Part shown: piece after piece, positions 1-10,789 of the stretch | Layout of the letters: each line of letters starts with the position of its first letter | How positions within the stretch are numbered: the first letter of the stretch is position 1 | Source: Carpediemonas membranifera BICM | Taxonomy: Eukaryota; Protista; Fornicata | Assembly (NCBI GenBank): GCA_019828565.1 | Contig: JAHDYR010000037.1 | Span: forward strand, 66,595-130,594 | Direction of reading: 5' to 3' | DNA: 64,000 bases | The notes under the pieces: generated by a model | Database searches by the model: none | What the model was told of the DNA's origin: nothing | The model's input: the letters and a program-made list of their open reading frames with translations, nothing else | Position numbers and translations under genes: made by a program

Positions 1-407
1 CCTAACGCCCGAAACAGTGCCCAAAGAGCTCGTGACACAGGTGAACGCCAGAAAGAAATGAAGTTGCTCAGAGTGTACACCATATTGTCCTAGTTCCAAT
101 ACTTTTTACCATTTTCTTCCAGCTGCTTTCGTTGGCGAGTTTCATTTTTTTCTTACCGTTACTTCCGCAGTATCTTGCAAGATTCAGGGGGAAATTCAAA
201 TTCACTTTTCCTTTGAGGGCAAAGCAGAATTGCGCAATAACGCATCAATGGGTATGAGAAGCATAGAATACGTATAAAACTCAGTGTAGTTGCTGCTCAC
301 AACTTTTTGGAGGAAACAGAGCAGCGGAAGCCCCAAACCAAAAATCTTTCACAAACTCTTGTGAAACTTGTGAAATGTGAAAGTGACTTCAGCAAAAATT
401 CCTGAGC

Positions 408-2961
408 ATGCACATTGTCATACAGACCTTCATTGGCACTGTCTACGACAATACTGGCCCTCCAAGGACTGCAGAGCGTATGAACTACATTCTCGCTCAT
501 ACATACCTCTCCCTTGTTGGTATTGGCGGAAATACACAGGATCGAGGGCCGCCAGCGCCGAGAATTCCGTGAACTCATCTTGGAAATGGCTAACCAGGGC
601 CTATTTGCGGACATGGAGGTCGATCCGAGATTTTTCGCCGACCCGCACGACTCTCGACCCTTCTTGCGTGCAGTACGTTCCCATAGAGGAGTCGCCCCGA
701 CCTTCGATGTCTTCGTACGTGACCACGCGCGTATTGCTGTCACCCACGAACGCTTGCGGAGACAGCACGAGGTCTCAACTGAGGAAACTGACAACTACAA
801 GCAGATTTTTGGAGCTTGTTTCTATCCTGATGTACATCAAGTCGGGTTGTAACGCAACCCATGAGCTCTTTAAGCTCATCCGTAGTCTTTCTGCGCGACT
901 TCATATGCCAATCATCTCCAGCAAGGCTGCTGATATCTTCGTGAAGCAGTTGCAGGTCAATATCACCAAGATCAACGGCCTGGTTGCAGCGCTGACTAGA
1001 CCAGAGGTTGCTTTCTTGGGTCATCTCGTCCCTGTGGAGTCTGTCACAGTCAACACGACCTGGCGGTGGGGCAGAAATGGCACAAAGTCGAGACTCGAGT
1101 GCACCAATCGCCTAACGGTGGACGAGGGTGTCGATATCCAGCCCCTGACGGACGCGGAGAACGTCATTGACTTCAAGTGGGAGAAGCCAATGCTTGATCT
1201 TCACTACGAGACGAGCGATGAGGCCACAAGTCATCGCCCTGAGCTCAAGCAGACCCAGGGAGTCACCCTCGGCAAGCGGCTCAACAGCTCCACATGGGAC
1301 AAGGTTGATCGAGTCTGGTTTGATGCCGTTCGTTACCTCAAGCAAGCTGTTCGCCACCCGGAATGGCTCGAGTCGGACCAGCCCAACTACGTTCGATGCA
1401 AGAACGCCCTTGGCAACAGGGTTGGAGTCACGTTTAGCCCCATGAAGATCCTACTATGGCTTGACGGGTGGAAAGGGGGTTCTGCTGCCTTCAAGCTCCG
1501 CATCTACGACCCCACAGGCTTCACATTCCCCAACAAGATTACTCCACCTTTCCGTATAGTCGAGTATATGGGTAGCGAGGGTGATTTGTTGATGGAAGAG
1601 TCTCTTTCTCGCGTCGAGAAGGAGATTGAGCGCCTATACACGAGTCAGATACCCATCAGAGACACTGGTGAGGTCACAATCTTCGACCATGTCATCGTCA
1701 TGGGCGATCATGCCGCCCTCCGCCACATGCTGTCCAGAAAGTCGGGCCGGCCCAACTATCCACACCCTTGCAACACGATTTACCACAAAAGTAAGGCGCT
1801 CCACCCGATAGCAGGCCGCCATCGTCTCACCATCAAGGACAACCTGGACGATAAGACAGCATACCAGGCTGAAGTCGACGACCCGAACCGAGTTCAAGAT
1901 GTACTTGCAATCTATGGCGATTTCACCAATGAACGCATGGTGTTCGAGAATTGTAGTGTCATCCCTCTTGAGAAGATCGTCATATGCCCTCCATTCATGC
2001 ACGACTCGCACCGTTTACTCGAGCAGGTTGCCCATATCTGTGGTTCTTTCAAGAAGCATCCCACCACCCGCGGGTCCCGCGAGGAGATCATCCAGAATAA
2101 GCTCCTCAACCTCAAGCTTGGCCGTATGTCGTCCATGCGAAGCATCGATAGGACCGTAGGTTGTAACGAGCAGTCGTCCGCACGTGTAAGGATGGCTGCC
2201 ACGACCTTAAGAGGACTACGTTGCTCTCCCTGAGTGCATTCAAGATATCATTCGGCTCATTGGCTACCTCCAGGCCATGTACTACTCGTCCGAACCTGTG
2301 ACTGACGCGGCTGTCGCGTTTCACTTCATGGCTGCCGCAGTGGCCCACCTCATTCACGTCACGATTGCGTTCATTCCTAACAAGGATAAGACTTCCATAT
2401 CCCTGCTATCAAGCAGCGAAGCGAAGACGAAGGAGAAACCGTGCGCTGAGAACCTCTACAGCATCAGCAGACTCACGACGCAGCCCCTGTGCCACAAGCA
2501 TCTCAAGGTGCCGCTGTTCTATATCCTAGAGGAGTACTTTGAGCGAGAGTTCATCAAGAACCAGGAGGTAGCAGCCAAGTTGCACAGGAAGGCAGTCCTT
2601 GAGGGCATTTGCTTGATCGAGCAGACAACTCTCGCGTGTTCCTTCCTGACGGGCATGCGTTCTTTTTGGTCGGCAGGACTACTCTGTCCCCCAGCTCCAG
2701 CGACTCAAGTGTGTGCGAGTTCACGACTGCTGTAAGGATGCGAAGCATTGGTTTGGTGTCCGCACACTGACCACCGTGACCTTCGAGCCAACTCGTGAGA
2801 TGATCCAGACCTTTCAGGAGACTGTTGATGAAGTGTGGGAGTTTGTAGAAGAGCATACGACGCTGACGTGGGGTGAGGAGGGCACGATGTCATGCAGTCT
2901 GGCGGACCATGGCATAGAGTTAGTTTGCTGCCTGTGTGGAGAGTGTAGCAGACAGAATTGA
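408..2961 (+). CDS. Divergent DDE transposase (CMC/Transib/RAG1-like), frameshifted in this sequence
   Basis: Joined ORFs 514-852, 377-2233, 2277-2735 and 2713-2961. Motifs LLWLDGW (D), VMGDHAAL..NYP (D), PPFMHD (cf. 'ppLH') and LEEYFEREF (E) are conserved in the B homolog. Lies inside a TIR-bounded element. Confidence 0.75.
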
Positions 2962-3087
2962 GGCATCCGCGTGATATAAAGTGATGTAAGATGGTTCCGT
3001 GATAAATTCATTCATTTTTCATATGTGCCACTTTTTTTCATGAATGGCACATTTCACATTTCGCAGGTTTCACAAAAGTTTGTGAAA

Positions 3088-4045
3088 ATGAACCAAACGG
3101 GGAAAGAATCTTGGACAGAGGATACTCTTGCAGCCCATAAGGCTTATATACAGTACGTAAGACTTTCTGATAAGTCAGACATCATCCCCAGTGTCCGTAC
3201 GTTTTTTTAAGCAGGACGTTGCCACGAGAGGAGTTGATGACATCGATCATCGCTTCTTCATGTTTGTTCACCCAGTGTTGCCCAGGTATTTACCCAGATT
3301 GGTTGCGATTCGTGACTGCAAGACTGATTCCATCATTTCGGCCTTGTTGCTCACGAAGGAGTCATACAACACCGAAGCTACTGATGAAACCCCTTCCGAG
3401 CTGCGCCAGGACTTATATGTTGTGGTTATTCGCACGGCATTCTATGCCAGGGGCAATGGTCTCGCCACGATTCTTCTTTCGGTTGCCTCTGCCGGACAGA
3501 GGATCCGCCTACAGTGTGTAAGTTCTCTTGTGCCAGCCTACCAGCGTATGGGGATGTCCATCTCCAAGCAAAAGTCCACGATGGAGTACCTGGATGATGC
3601 GAAACTGGTGACCATGGAGGCAACATACGGCCCGAACAAGTGGACGAAGCTCGGTGAGAGTCTCGTTGCTTGCCATGGATATGCCATGAAGTCCTGGAGG
3701 GCTCCCCCGTCCGTCGACTACGGTACGGCTTTCACTTCTGTGGACCAGGTCCAGCCTCCCCAAAGAGAACCCAAGCAACCCAACCCACCCTGCCCACCAA
3801 GCCCTCGGACAAGCTCAACCGCTACATTAAGCGTCTGAGGAAGAGTGTTACCCCGCACCCGACGCGCAAGAAGCAACGTGAGATAATCATCGCCCTTTAC
3901 GACAGCAACCGAAGGGATTTGGTCCAAAAAGATCGTGGATAAGAGATCAAAGATGCGTAAGGATTACCAGAAAGAGAACTATTTCGAGGAAGAGTGGTAC
4001 CATCTGCTGTCTGAGAAGGAAGATGAGGAAGAGAATGAAGATTAA
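3088..4045 (+). CDS. GNAT-family acetyltransferase (frameshifted)
   Basis: Motif A RTAFYARGNGLATILL and 'AYQRMGM'. The B homolog at 44217-45142 has RGLGFARVLL and shares the N-terminus HKAYIQYV.LSDKS. Confidence 0.75.
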
Positions 4046-4065
4046 ATGAAGAAGCAGTCGATTTA

Positions 4066-4752
4066 TTACTCATTTGAGTTGACGTTAGCTGCGTGGAAGA
4101 GCAGGAGGCTCGCGTAAACGGGTATACGCAGAACATCACGAGCCTCTGCAGCGGCACGGGCAGCGTTCCTCTTCTCAATCACAGCGGCGAGGTCCTTGAA
4201 GGTCTTCGAGTGCTTCTTGAGGACAAGCTGCGGACGCTCGAAGATGAGCTTAGAGTCCTTGCGGCACACACTCTCCAGAAGGACCTCTCTGACCTTGTCG
4301 ACAGAGATACCAAGCCTCTGGGCGACGAAGGCGTAAGCGCGGGGGCGGACCGACTGAGGGATGCCGTGGAACAGCTCGCGGTACTCACGGACAGTTGCCA
4401 AGAGAGGGCTGCCATGGTCGACCTCATCTCCTTCGGCGTCCAGGCTGATGAGGGCCCTGAAGCGCTTCTCCTTGGCCTCAGAAGACTCGCCCTTGTACTG
4501 CGCCATGATCTGCTCAATGCTATCGAGAGAACGGAACTCCGCTTCATCCCTAAGATCCTCCGGAACGAATGTGGGGAGGTCATTGGGGCGTCTGTCAACC
4601 ACCTCATTGCAAATGCGGTTTCCGGTGGCGACATCGGCAGCGGAGATGCTTCCAGCAGCGTGCTCCTTCTCTAAGTAAGTAGAAATCATTTCCACAGCGT
4701 TTAGACGCTTTCTGCCCTTGCTCTTAGCAGTATTACTCCGTTTCGGAGGCAT
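4066..4752 (-). CDS. Basic 228-aa protein, possible HTH DNA-binding protein
   Basis: Clean ORF with a homolog in B (43431-44192). HTH-like segment AYAFVAQRLGISVDKVREVL. Confidence 0.75.
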   Translation of the reverse strand: MPPKRSNTAKSKGRKRLNAVEMISTYLEKEHAAGSISAADVATGNRICNEVVDRRPNDLPTFVPEDLRDEAEFRSLDSIEQIMAQYKGESSEAKEKRFRALISLDAEGDEVDHGSPLLATVREYRELFHGIPQSVRPRAYAFVAQRLGISVDKVREVLLESVCRKDSKLIFERPQLVLKKHSKTFKDLAAVIEKRNAARAAAEARDVLRIPVYASLLLFHAANVNSNE

Positions 4753-5280
4753 AACGTTTCTTCAAGGTGCACTTTATGCTCGCAACGAAATTAGAAAACC
4801 AAACGAAGAAAGGAGAAGAGTATCGATCCTCAAACGCTGGCAAGCATGTTTATATCACTAAAAACAACATCATGAGAGCTCTGTGGCCTCGAATGGCCTG
4901 TAATAGAACCTAAACAACATCAACAATTGTAACTCGTCGAGGAAGCGTTGAGATGAACTATAAACGCGGGAATGGATCAAACAATGGATTTAAGAGTGGC
5001 ATACAAGGCCAGAATACCGCAATTATCGTCCGTTGATCCACGTGACCTCCATCTTGGTCGGTATCCAGAGAAAGCCCTTCAGACGCTCGCAACACAACAT
5101 TTAGAAGACTTATCGTGAATGGCTCCTTCCATGATGGACCTTCACCTGGACATGCCATCTCTGACATGTCCAATGGTCTCCATTGAGCTCGCATTCATCC
5201 CTCTGAGCATCCGCCCCATGGTCCAATCAGATGCCCAATCAAAATTCTGCACCGAAGTGCCCCGAGGACCTCCTCTGAGT

Positions 5281-5451
5281 TCATAAGGCTCTCAGAGCCT
5301 TATACACCAATTCGAAATCGTGTATAAGGCTCTCAGAGCCTAATGAATCTCCCGCGCGCCGTTGCCTACTGATACTGGTCATTTTTCCGCATGGTTTATT
5401 AGGCTCTCAGAGCCTTATGAATTTTTTTCATTAGGTCCTGAGAGCCTTATA
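5281..5451. repeat. Four iterated palindromes (T(A/T)AGGCTCTCAGAGCCT(T/A)A type) in the divergent intergenic region of A; mirrored at ~34706-34875
   Basis: Seen directly at ~5283, ~5323, ~5398 and ~5430 (the last one degenerate). Confidence 0.85.
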
Positions 5452-5454
5452 ATC

Positions 5455-6829
5455 ATGCAATCGGTTTTCGACTTCTACATGCTCTTGAAGCGTTCGAAAA
5501 CGTTTGGTAAGCAGTTCTTTATCTTCTATGACAGCGCTGAGATCAGTCAGGCCTCATCAAACGCGCAGGAGATGATCAAGTGCTCACTTCTTCGTAAGTT
5601 CCTTCTGCCCGATGACAAGATCCTCACCGCCCTTCTTCGTGATCGTAAGTACTTTCCCCATACCTTTTTACACAGATATTGGCTGGAAAACGCTTCGCAA
5701 GCTCTTCAGGTCGCCTCACCTTATCCTGCACCTAAGAGAAACTGCCGAGGCTCAGCTTGAGCTGATCACGACATCGGCTGAGCTGAAGAAGGTCATGGGA
5801 GATCATGCCTACGACAGCCTTGTCCAGAAGGTCCGCCGAGAAGTGTCTTCGGATCACGAGCACGACGTTGTAGGTAAGTACTCCAAATAACTCCTGCTTA
5901 TTCAGTCCTTTCGCTGCTCCGTGAGCGCATAATGCGCAAGGTGAAGCCAGGAAGGTCGGGGGGTCGTCCGTTCGTTCAAGAACAACGCCGAGCCTGAGCT
6001 GTCGGACCCGGTCGACGTGCAGTTCGACCGGATAAGGCACCTGGACGCGCTTCTGATGGACTCTCCCGTCCACAGAAGTACCCTGAGTGGCACATCGCGC
6101 CTCCTGCGCCGCCATCTTGCCGTGGAACACAACGGTGCGATCCGTGATTTGAAGAGGGAGCTTTGGCGAGCCCGGGCCAAGATTGAAAAGCTCGAGACGG
6201 AGAAGCTTGTGCCCTTGAAGAAGGAGGCTGAGGTCATAGACCTGGATCGGGAGGCTTTGGTGGCCGCAGACCCCAAAGATGACGTCCAGACCATCATGGA
6301 GAAGACCGCTAAGAAGTTTAAGAACGATACAAGCTCTCTGAAGCGGTCTGAGGTGCCTGGGGATGGCTCATGCATTCTCAGCGCCATGCATCTCATCAGG
6401 ACTGGGTCCCAGCCTACTGTTGGTGAGAAGCTTCAGCTGTACGAGGACATCCGATCCTTCTGTGAGGGCAAGGGGTTCGAGGGCGACCCGTTCTCTGAGA
6501 TGCCTGGCTCCCCTTTCCCCTGGGCAGACCATGAGGCCATCCAGGCCAGTGTAGAGCTGAGTCACACTCCGGTAATCATCACCCAGATCGACGAGGACCT
6601 TACCTGCCTCTGGGTCCACAAAGGTTGGGAAGATTCAGAGTTCTTGCCCATCCAGGATGCGACGCTGGACAAGATCTTAGGTCTTTGTGAGAGCATGAAG
6701 CTCACTCAGTTCATCGTCATCGAGAATCGTCATGCCTGTGTCTACAGTCTTCCGGACCGCAAGCGCAAGGCAGCTGCCGCAGAGCCCGAGAAGCGTGCTA
6801 CTCGTCCGGAGGATGTCACCCGCTCATAA
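5455..6829 (+). CDS. Coiled-coil plus OTU-like cysteine protease (deubiquitinase-like), spliced
   Basis: VPGDGSCILSAM, WADHEAIQ and RHACVY form an OTU-like pattern. Introns 5645-5675 and 5874-5905 (GTAAGT..CAG) join three ORFs; one extra G at ~5960 in this copy. Confidence 0.72.
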
Positions 6830-6859
6830 ATGATTGATTGAATTGATATCTCTTCAAGT

Positions 6860-7862
6860 TTATTCACTCTTGCCTTGAGTCATGCGCGCAGTGTGGAAGC
6901 GCTTACGGGCGGGGTTGGACTTGGTCTTCCGCTTGCGGGGCTGCGGCTTGACCTGCAGTATTTTGAACTGCTCCACCTTTCGAGCGAGGTAGTGAGGGTC
7001 ATCTATGGCGAGACTCTTGAAGCGAGCAATCGGGTGCTCCTCTTCATCGGCCTCAAAGTAGGTCTCGCCATAATCGATGCGCAAGAACTCGCCGCGAACG
7101 ATGTTGGCAGTGGCCCTGACCGATATCACTGGCAGGCCATCCACCAAGACGTCCACGAACTCACAGTTGACATCGTCAGGGCTGTGGTTAATCAGGTGGA
7201 CACCCGCTGCGGCCGACATGGCATCGACGGCGACCTGACTGTCAGCGAATGACATGCTGTGTAATGGTAATGGAATATGCGAAACAAACACCATCTGGCC
7301 GTTGTTGCTGGCCGTCTCAGCATCGGGAATCAGCTTCCCGAAGTATATGCCGAGACATGTGCCAGCTGAGATATCCTCAGTGGCAATCATGCCTCGGCCG
7401 ACGCTCTGCGTCCGATTGAGGGCCGGATGGTCGGGCTCCTGGGTCAGACGGGGGTCGCAACGGGTCTCGGATGAGATCCAGGCCGGAGCAGGAATGGCCT
7501 GAAGGCTTATCTCATCCGAAATCAGCCGCTTGACGTCCTGCAGGTCTGAACCCGGGTAAACATGCGTCCACCTAGGGTGGACGTGCATGACGGACCCCTC
7601 GACGGAGTCCTCCTCGGCTTCAGACGAGCTGGATGAATGGGAAGGCGACTCGGGAGGCGGAGGAGGAGGAGAATCTTGCTCCTTACCATCCTCGGGCGAC
7701 TCGGGAGGCGGAGGAGGAGGTGATGCTGCCGTTACAGTCGTTTCCGCAGGACGTTGATCCTGCGGAGAAGCAGATGACTCAAAAGTCTTGTTGGGTGGAT
7801 TTTGAGTCCTTCTCTTACCTACCGGTTGCTGCTTCCCTTGCGGGCATCTTTCTTCTCGCCAT
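6860..7862 (-). CDS. SET-domain lysine methyltransferase
   Basis: VGRGMIAT, GIYFGKLI, LINHS..NC, GEFLRIDYG. Probable start MARRK is shared with the B homolog. Confidence 0.88.
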
Positions 7863-7984
7863 ATCTTCGTTCTCTTTTTTTCTCGCAACTCCCGATCCGA
7901 AGAACAGGCGCATCGCTGATCAGATCCGAACAATACTGCAGTAGCATGCATAAATAGTGTAGCAATGAAGGTATACCTCTTTAC

Positions 7985-9058
7985 TTGGATCAAAAGCTTG
8001 TCCTTTGCTTCAAATCAAAATGTGCCATTCATGAAAAAAATGGCACATTGCAAATGGACGAGAAATACGGAGAATTCGGCACGCGACGCATCAGTAAGGA
8101 CCAAGAAGTCTTTGAATGTGTCTGTGGTAAGGTTCAGCTCAGGCGTGGACATCGCGGGATCGGTTTCAAGTCTTCTTCCTCTCACGAGTGTCCTTTTACA
8201 ACAGAGAAGTTGATTAACCGACGGGTGCTAATCACCATCGAGCCGCTGCATGGTTTCGAGACCCCGACTCAGCCCTACCCCGTCTTCCGCGTGGAAAGTC
8301 TTGCCAACTCATCTGGCTATCATTTCAAGCTCAAGACGGCTCTAGAGCTCGTTGATGATGAGTGGCTGACTGCCGTTGCCCGCACCTTTAAGTCTACGTC
8401 CCATCTGGCCGAGGTACTTGAGGAGTTGGCGTCGCAGTACTCTAACTTCGACACTTACTGGGTGATATCGGGTCATTCTGATACAGAAACGTCGCGTATG
8501 ATCATTGATACGTCTACGAACGAGTTTCTGTATCACCATGATCTGGTCCAGCTCATCCTCAGGTCATTCGAGAGCCCTTCCTTGGTGAGATCGACGCGTG
8601 TGCGTCAGATTTACTTTGCCACCTGCTCCGGACTCGACAGATCTGAGGAGTCTCAGCTGTGCAGTGCTATTTCGACAGCCAAGTACAAGAACACATGCAT
8701 TATCCTCACTCCTGAGAAGGTTCTGGCGCATGAGCTTGTTCTCCAGGACGCCTATTGGCTCTACCGCGTGACATGCCTCGACAATCCTCTTTTCTTTCTG
8801 ACGAAGTACTTCTCTGGCTATCGTTTCGCGCCTGGCTCAGCAGGAAGACGGATTATAGCCAATGGTTCCTTGTCATTTCCCAACGAGGCCAGGGTCATCA
8901 TGTCTGAGACTAGCTATGCCCGGCCCATTCCTCTTCCTGAAATGCAAGACATCGTTTCTGATGTCAACGAGTATGACCCGTTAAGAACCGACCAGAGAAG
9001 ACTTATGAATGATCGATACATAAGCATGATGACCCGTGCGCTTGAGAGAGACGTGTAG
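7985..9058 (+). CDS. Zn-finger (CxC..HxC) plus caspase/CHAT-like His-Cys protein
   Basis: WVISGHS and IYFATCSG, conserved as WVVSGHS and IYFATCTG in B. The ORF is well supported; the function is inferred. Confidence 0.6.
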   Translation: MDQKLVLCFKSKCAIHEKNGTLQMDEKYGEFGTRRISKDQEVFECVCGKVQLRRGHRGIGFKSSSSHECPFTTEKLINRRVLITIEPLHGFETPTQPYPVFRVESLANSSGYHFKLKTALELVDDEWLTAVARTFKSTSHLAEVLEELASQYSNFDTYWVISGHSDTETSRMIIDTSTNEFLYHHDLVQLILRSFESPSLVRSTRVRQIYFATCSGLDRSEESQLCSAISTAKYKNTCIILTPEKVLAHELVLQDAYWLYRVTCLDNPLFFLTKYFSGYRFAPGSAGRRIIANGSLSFPNEARVIMSETSYARPIPLPEMQDIVSDVNEYDPLRTDQRRLMNDRYISMMTRALERDV

Positions 9059-9101
9059 TAAACAGATATATATACAATTTATGATCATCTCTCACTAAAC
9101 A

Positions 9102-10326
9102 CTAAACAATCGGTCTCATGCCCTCTACTCGCTTATAGACAACCTTACATTTGCTGCAGAGGGGAACGATGTACAACTTGCCATCAATGGTGTACTGCAC
9201 TTCCTCAGAGCAATGCTCACAGTACCACCAGTGACAGCCTCGGCAGCAAAGAAGAGTAGAAGCCTGTTCTTCTGCTTTCTTCGTGTTCTTGGATCTTAGG
9301 CCCTTTTTGCACGCCTGGCACTTGTTGCTAGAGCCGGTAATATAGCACGCGGGACAGTAGTCCTTCTTGCCCTTCGTCCTGACACATTGCTCGTGCAGGA
9401 AACCTTTGCAAGCACAGCATCTCCTGAACGTAGTGCCGTCTGGATTGAAGAACCACTCGGGGGTACCACACACAAGACATCCAAACAGCATTTTGCGCTG
9501 ATGAAGGCTAAGGAAAGTCGTCTTACATGTCTCGGGTTCGGTAGGCGGGTCTCTCACACGGGTCTCTGAGACAACGTCGTTGATCAGGACCTTAATACGG
9601 TCAACAACAGCATCGGACACGTTGTTAGACACCTGCTGCAGATCGTCGTCACCAAGCCTGGGTCGCTTGGCTTCCTCGTCGTCAAAGACGATCTTCTTCC
9701 GAACCGGCACCGATCGATCTGTCGTTGACTGAGGTGTGTCTGCTTCATCACCAACACCAAGTGAAGACAGTTGCGTAGTCGACCGTATCGGTGGGATCTC
9801 TGCCTTGATCATCGTAGTCGGGGTCGATTTGACCGTTGCCTTTTTGCTTGACAGGCTTATATCTCACCCGGTTGATCACAGGCAAGTTCTCAAGGCTGAT
9901 TGAGTCGGAAACATCGTTCAGTCCAGCATCTGAGAGAACTTCTGAGAGCATCTGGCGGAACTCGGCATGGCAGGGCTGACTACGGACAGCAATGTGCTGC
10001 ATGACAGAGCCATTGTACTCCGCAGAGGGTCTAACTGCTGTTATAAACGTAGTAACGCCGACAACAGTCGTCCGCCTGACCTGTTCCCGGAGTTCAATTG
10101 ACTTGAACCCAGGGCATTCGGCGGCGACCCTGCGCTGGACCTCCAGAAGTACCTTATGGATGTCGCGTGCACTCAAGCCGAGGTCAGTTGCCTCGTCGTC
10201 CTCAAATACTGAAGAAACAACGGCTGTAACAAATGAACGACGGAGATTTGCGAGCTTACTGTTGCCATACTGTCTGATGGGGGGCGTAGCAGCAATAGGT
10301 TCTGGTACAGACACTTCTGAATTCAT
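9102..10326 (-). CDS. Tandem PHD-like zinc-finger protein (frameshift near 9830)
   Basis: CLVC..CCACKGFLHEQC..CPAC plus a second Cys cluster. Continuous 406-aa homolog in B (25940-27160). Confidence 0.8.
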
Positions 10327-10412
10327 GAGAATTTCTATCCAAGCTGTTTACGTTGTTACATTTGTCTATTTACGTAGACTCCTGGCATTGACAATACCTA
10401 AAACTGCGACAT

Positions 10413-10637
10413 TTGTCGATCATGATTCGAGCAACTAGCCACCAAAAGGTAGAAACGGTAACGTCAGGGCTCGTGGAAGTTGCCAAAGTACAAGATTCTT
10501 ACAAAATAATCCGAAAAACTGCTCAGGGCTTGCGAAAGGAAGAAGAAATCAACAAAAGGGTGAATGACACAGAGTTTCTGCTGCAAGAGATACGCGATTT
10601 GTTTATAGATGCCATACAGACGATGAGGGACAAGTAA
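10413..10637 (+). CDS. Small ~74-aa coiled-coil protein
   Basis: Conserved with B ORF 25690-25917 (EV.K.QDS...VN.R.NDT..L.EI.D.FID.IQ) at the syntenic position. Confidence 0.7.
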   Translation: MSIMIRATSHQKVETVTSGLVEVAKVQDSYKIIRKTAQGLRKEEEINKRVNDTEFLLQEIRDLFIDAIQTMRDK

Positions 10638-10739
10638 AAATGACATTCACTAGCTTTGCTTCTCATTTCACATATTCTTGTGAAATATGTGAAATGTGAA
10701 ACAGATTCTAGTGAATCTCATTTTTTCTTGCACTTTTTG

Positions 10740-10789
10740 GAGTATCTCCAGGGTATCTCCCGGGAGACTCTAGCCATTCTTACAGTATG
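10740..10789 (-). repeat. Terminal inverted repeat of element A copy 1
   Basis: Reverse complement of 29361-29410. Confidence 0.93.

Larger units (their letters stand above)
1..10789 (+). mobile_element. Cargo DNA transposon family A, copy 1 (left end outside window)
   Basis: Near-identical inverted copy of 29361-40152. Ends in the 50-bp TIR at 10740-10789 and interrupts the ORF at 10790-11808. Confidence 0.92.

Noticed and set aside
800-3210. Programmed ribosomal frameshifting in transposase and GNAT (extra T in T-runs at ~810, ~2665, ~3205, shared by both A copies)
   Set aside because: Break positions are not conserved between A and B, and many other indels differ between the two A copies at homopolymers. 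Long-read homopolymer error is simpler, though real decay cannot be excluded without reads.
4093-4678. Long antisense ORFs (e.g. 4093-4674, 16458-17189, 27457-28284, 63526-63903)
   Set aside because: Shadows of real genes on the opposite strand, with no independent support.
5507-5534. Third intron GTAAGC..ACAG (28 nt) in the A OTU gene
   Set aside because: Removing it leads to a stop codon, while the unspliced frame is open. Left unresolved.
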